DNA of 27,210 nucleotides, taken from the NCBI GenBank assembly GCA_043754535.1, contig JAYUUN010000105.1, forward strand, positions 62,001 to 89,210, written 5' to 3'. The position numbers were made by a program, and so were the translations under genes. Shown piece by piece: positions 24,945-27,210 of the stretch (positions are counted from its first letter, which is position 1; every line of letters begins with the position of its first letter). The stretch is from Chloroflexota bacterium. Its GTDB lineage: Bacteria; Chloroflexota; Chloroflexia; QHBQ01. The notes beneath the pieces were generated by a model that was not told the origin of the DNA, searched no databases, and saw only the letters and a list, made by a program, of their open reading frames with translations.

Positions 24945-26603
24945 CTACTCGCCAGCGTCCAGCCTGCGTCGCGTCTCCTTCAGGTACTTTTCGGCGGCCT
25001 CGGCCAACGCAGCATAGCCAACTCGCTGCGCTATCTCCACCGCCTGCTCGAAGTACGGCAACGCCTCTTGTAGATCGCCAGCGGCAAAGTGAACTCCGCC
25101 GATGTTATTGAGGGTGGTCGCTTCGCCGCTGCGGTCGCCCACCTCGCGGCTGATGGGTAGGGCCTGCTCGTAGTAGCGTAGTGCCTGCTGCTTATCGCCC
25201 AGGTCGGCATACACCAAGCCAATGTTGGTGAGGGTGGCCGCTTCGCCGCTGCGGTTGCCCACCTCGCGGCTGATGGGTAGAGCCTGCTCGTAGTAGCGTA
25301 GTGCCTGCTGCTGGTCGCCCAGGTTGGCATACACCGCGCCGATGTTGGTGAGGGTAGTCGCTTCGCCTCTGCGGTTGCCGCTGGTGTGGTAGTGGGCTAG
25401 CACCTGCTCCAACTGGGGAAACTCGCGGGCGACTGCTGGTGGCTTGTATTGGTTGGCATCCATGTACTGCTTGTAGTAGTCGGCGTGCCGTGTCTGCGCC
25501 TCGCTCAGACTTGTGCCAGCCCGCTCACTGGCGACGGCAGCGACGACCTGGTGGAGCAGCAGTCGCCCATCCGCTGCTTCTTCCAGCAGGCTACGGCGAA
25601 CCAGCAGGTTGATCGTCTGCTCGTCGCTGGCGCACACTGCATAGGCGGCCTCGCGGCTGAAGCTAGCGGGCTTGGCAGCAAAGGCAGCGAGAGCAGCGAA
25701 GGCTGCTTGCTCCGCTGTGGTCAGCACGTCCACGCTGAGGCCGATGATCTCGCGTATTTGCTTCTTGCGCGTCTTGTCGGTCAGGGCCAGCCAGGTGTCG
25801 GCGCGGGTGCAGAGGTCGTCGAGGTCGGCCTGTGGCACGGTGTGGCGAGTGCCGCGACCGAGCAGGTAGCCCGCGATCAGGGAGATGGCGAGGGGGAGGT
25901 AGCCGACGGAAGCAACGATACGCTTGCGGGTGGCCGCCTCCACCTGCACCAATGCGGGGCAGGTTCCGGTCAGCAAGGCGAGTGCCTGCTGCTCCTGCAT
26001 CTCGCCAACCATCAGGTTGTACTCGCCGAAGCCCTGGGCAATGGCATAGTCGCGGCTGGTCAGCAGCATGGCACAGCCCGGCCCCGTCACCTGGCCGAGT
26101 AGATCAGCGTGCTGCTGGTGCCACACGTCGTCGAGGACGATCAGCAGGCGGCGTTGCTTGATCTGGTCGCGCAAGAGACGGATGCGACCTGGGGTGTCGA
26201 GTCTACCAACCTCGTTGCTGTCGAGGCCCAGTTCGCCCGCCCAGCTGGAGAGGATGATATCAAGGTTAGTGTTAGCATCTTCATTCAGCCCGACCCAGAG
26301 TACACCGCCAGCAAAGTGTTCGCGCACCTGGTAGTCGTAGGCAAGGGCAGTCGCCAGCGTGGTCTTGCCCGTGCCACCCCGCCCGTCGGTAGAGAAGGTA
26401 GTCGCCTTACCAGCCAGTAGCGCAGCCTTGAGCGGTTCGCTGAGGTCGAGGCGAGCGACAAAGTGGGGCGGCAGGCTCGGCACCCCGGCGAACGGTCTAC
26501 CATCATCAGGGCGGCCATACCAGTTGTTGACCACCGCACCGTTACCCAGCACCGCCGTGTTGCCGTTGACACTGCTGATCGTGAATTGCCTAGTGTCCTC
26601 CAC
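24945..26603 (-). CDS. NLR-like NB-ARC/TPR STAND protein with very short N-terminus (start GTG 26603 or 26618)
   Basis: P-loop GRGGTGKTTLA, kinase-2 LLIVLDDVW, LLTSR, GYLPLAI and MHD-like LLHQ; three C-terminal TPRs. Confidence 0.92.
   Translation of the reverse strand: MEDTRQFTISSVNGNTAVLGNGAVVNNWYGRPDDGRPFAGVPSLPPHFVARLDLSEPLKAALLAGKATTFSTDGRGGTGKTTLATALAYDYQVREHFAGGVLWVGLNEDANTNLDIILSSWAGELGLDSNEVGRLDTPGRIRLLRDQIKQRRLLIVLDDVWHQQHADLLGQVTGPGCAMLLTSRDYAIAQGFGEYNLMVGEMQEQQALALLTGTCPALVQVEAATRKRIVASVGYLPLAISLIAGYLLGRGTRHTVPQADLDDLCTRADTWLALTDKTRKKQIREIIGLSVDVLTTAEQAAFAALAAFAAKPASFSREAAYAVCASDEQTINLLVRRSLLEEAADGRLLLHQVVAAVASERAGTSLSEAQTRHADYYKQYMDANQYKPPAVAREFPQLEQVLAHYHTSGNRRGEATTLTNIGAVYANLGDQQQALRYYEQALPISREVGNRSGEAATLTNIGLVYADLGDKQQALRYYEQALPISREVGDRSGEATTLNNIGGVHFAAGDLQEALPYFEQAVEIAQRVGYAALAEAAEKYLKETRRRLDAGE
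25099..25380. repeat. Tandem 120-bp (40-aa TPR) repeat, about 2.4 copies
   Basis: 25141-25260 versus 25261-25380 differ at 11 of 120 positions by my count; partial third copy at 25099-25140. Confidence 0.9.
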
Positions 26604-26633
26604 CGCTCCACCCCCCACTCATCTGCTACCACC

Positions 26634-26642
26634 ATTATAGCA
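26634..26642 (-). promoter_or_regulatory. Extended -10 promoter (TGCTATAAT) for the NLR-like gene
   Basis: Reverse complement of attatagca, about 30 nt upstream of GTG 26603. Confidence 0.65.
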
Positions 26643-26787
26643 TAGAAGTGGCTGCCGTCAACTGGGTGGCCGGGTGGGAACGAGCAGCCTGGGTGCGGCG
26701 TGAGCTAGCCGGGTGTGGCGCGCTGCTGCTGGTTTCAGCCGGGCATCGGTGCCTGCTCATCAGTATTCCAGGTCACGAACACCGCTG

Positions 26788-27045
26788 CTAGAACGGCCAG
26801 ATGGGCAGGCCGCCGAATATGCGGATCAGCAGGTAGATGACGAGGGCAGAGAGGAGCAGTGAGCCGAGCCAGGCCAGCACCTCCAGGCCGAAGAAGGCAG
26901 CCACTTTGCCCGCATCGGGGGGAGGGGCGGGCGGGGCTGTCCCTTGCAGGCGCACAGCTTCGCCGCTGAACTCGCGCCCCTGCGGTAGGCCGCGACTGGA
27001 GTTGGCGTAATCGGTTGGCTGACTCTGTCGCTCATTGTCGTCCAT
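26788..27045 (-). CDS. Small hypothetical membrane protein (85 aa, C-terminal TM helix)
   Basis: SD GAGGGGG then ATG 27045; MDDNERQSQ...VAAFFGLEVLAWLGSLLLSALVIYLLIRIFGGLPIWPF. Confidence 0.7.
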   Translation of the reverse strand: MDDNERQSQPTDYANSSRGLPQGREFSGEAVRLQGTAPPAPPPDAGKVAAFFGLEVLAWLGSLLLSALVIYLLIRIFGGLPIWPF

Positions 27046-27056
27046 GACTGCCCCCT

Positions 27057-27210
27057 CTAACTGTGGAAGTGGGTGAGAAAGATGATGAAGCCGATTGCAA
27101 CCAGCAGCAGGGCTAGCCAGCCGACGAAGCCGTTGACCACCAACCCTGCGAGGCTGAGAGCGAGGGCTAGCTGTGGCACCTGCGCCCTCCTCTGCTGCCA
27201 CCAGGCTACC
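27057..27210 (-). CDS. C-terminus of a membrane protein (5' end truncated)
   Basis: Open frame VAWWQQRRAQVPQLALALSLAGLVVNGFVGWLALLLVAIGFIIFLTHFHS*, with its stop abutting the SD of the next gene. Confidence 0.6.
   Translation of the reverse strand, partial: VAWWQQRRAQVPQLALALSLAGLVVNGFVGWLALLLVAIGFIIFLTHFHS

Noticed and set aside
25099..25380. CRISPR or other non-coding repeat array
   Set aside because: The repeats are in-frame 120-bp TPR units with no spacers.
26788..27045. Upstream small membrane protein as the amyloid-activated effector of the NLR
   Set aside because: No matching N/G/V-rich motif is visible and the NLR has its own promoter; it cannot be fully excluded.
1..27210. Transposase, integrase, prophage, rRNA or tRNA genes
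   Set aside because: No recognisable motifs or structures found.

Overview
A GC-rich bacterial chromosomal window, most consistent with Chloroflexota (inferred from a Chloroflexi-type secreted domain, cyclase-STAND-TPR architecture and gene content). Left to right it holds: a truncated secreted protein; a small membrane protein; a double-membrane-domain MFS/spermidine-synthase-like fusion divergent from an RsmC-like methyltransferase and a degenerate PIG-L deacetylase; a class III cyclase-STAND-TPR protein; a secreted protein; two tandem general-stress paralogues; a pantothenate/CoA operon (panG-like, panB, panC, coaX, coaBC); a MoxR-DUF58-transglutaminase operon; a PD-(D/E)xK-like nuclease coupled to an atypical HPRT; an NB-ARC/TPR NLR-like protein; and small membrane proteins. 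The most unexplained region is the 12823-13579 intergenic block. It carries a consensus sigma54 promoter and an ECF-like promoter for the stress genes, a self-contained ~210-nt unit (sigma70 promoter, sequestered Shine-Dalgarno, 18-codon ORF, intrinsic terminator) and a long bulged hairpin in the pan leader. Also notable are an effector-less NLR with an amyloid-like N-terminus and near-identical 120-bp TPR repeats, and the nuclease/HPRT-variant pair. All calls come from reading the sequence; no database searches were run.
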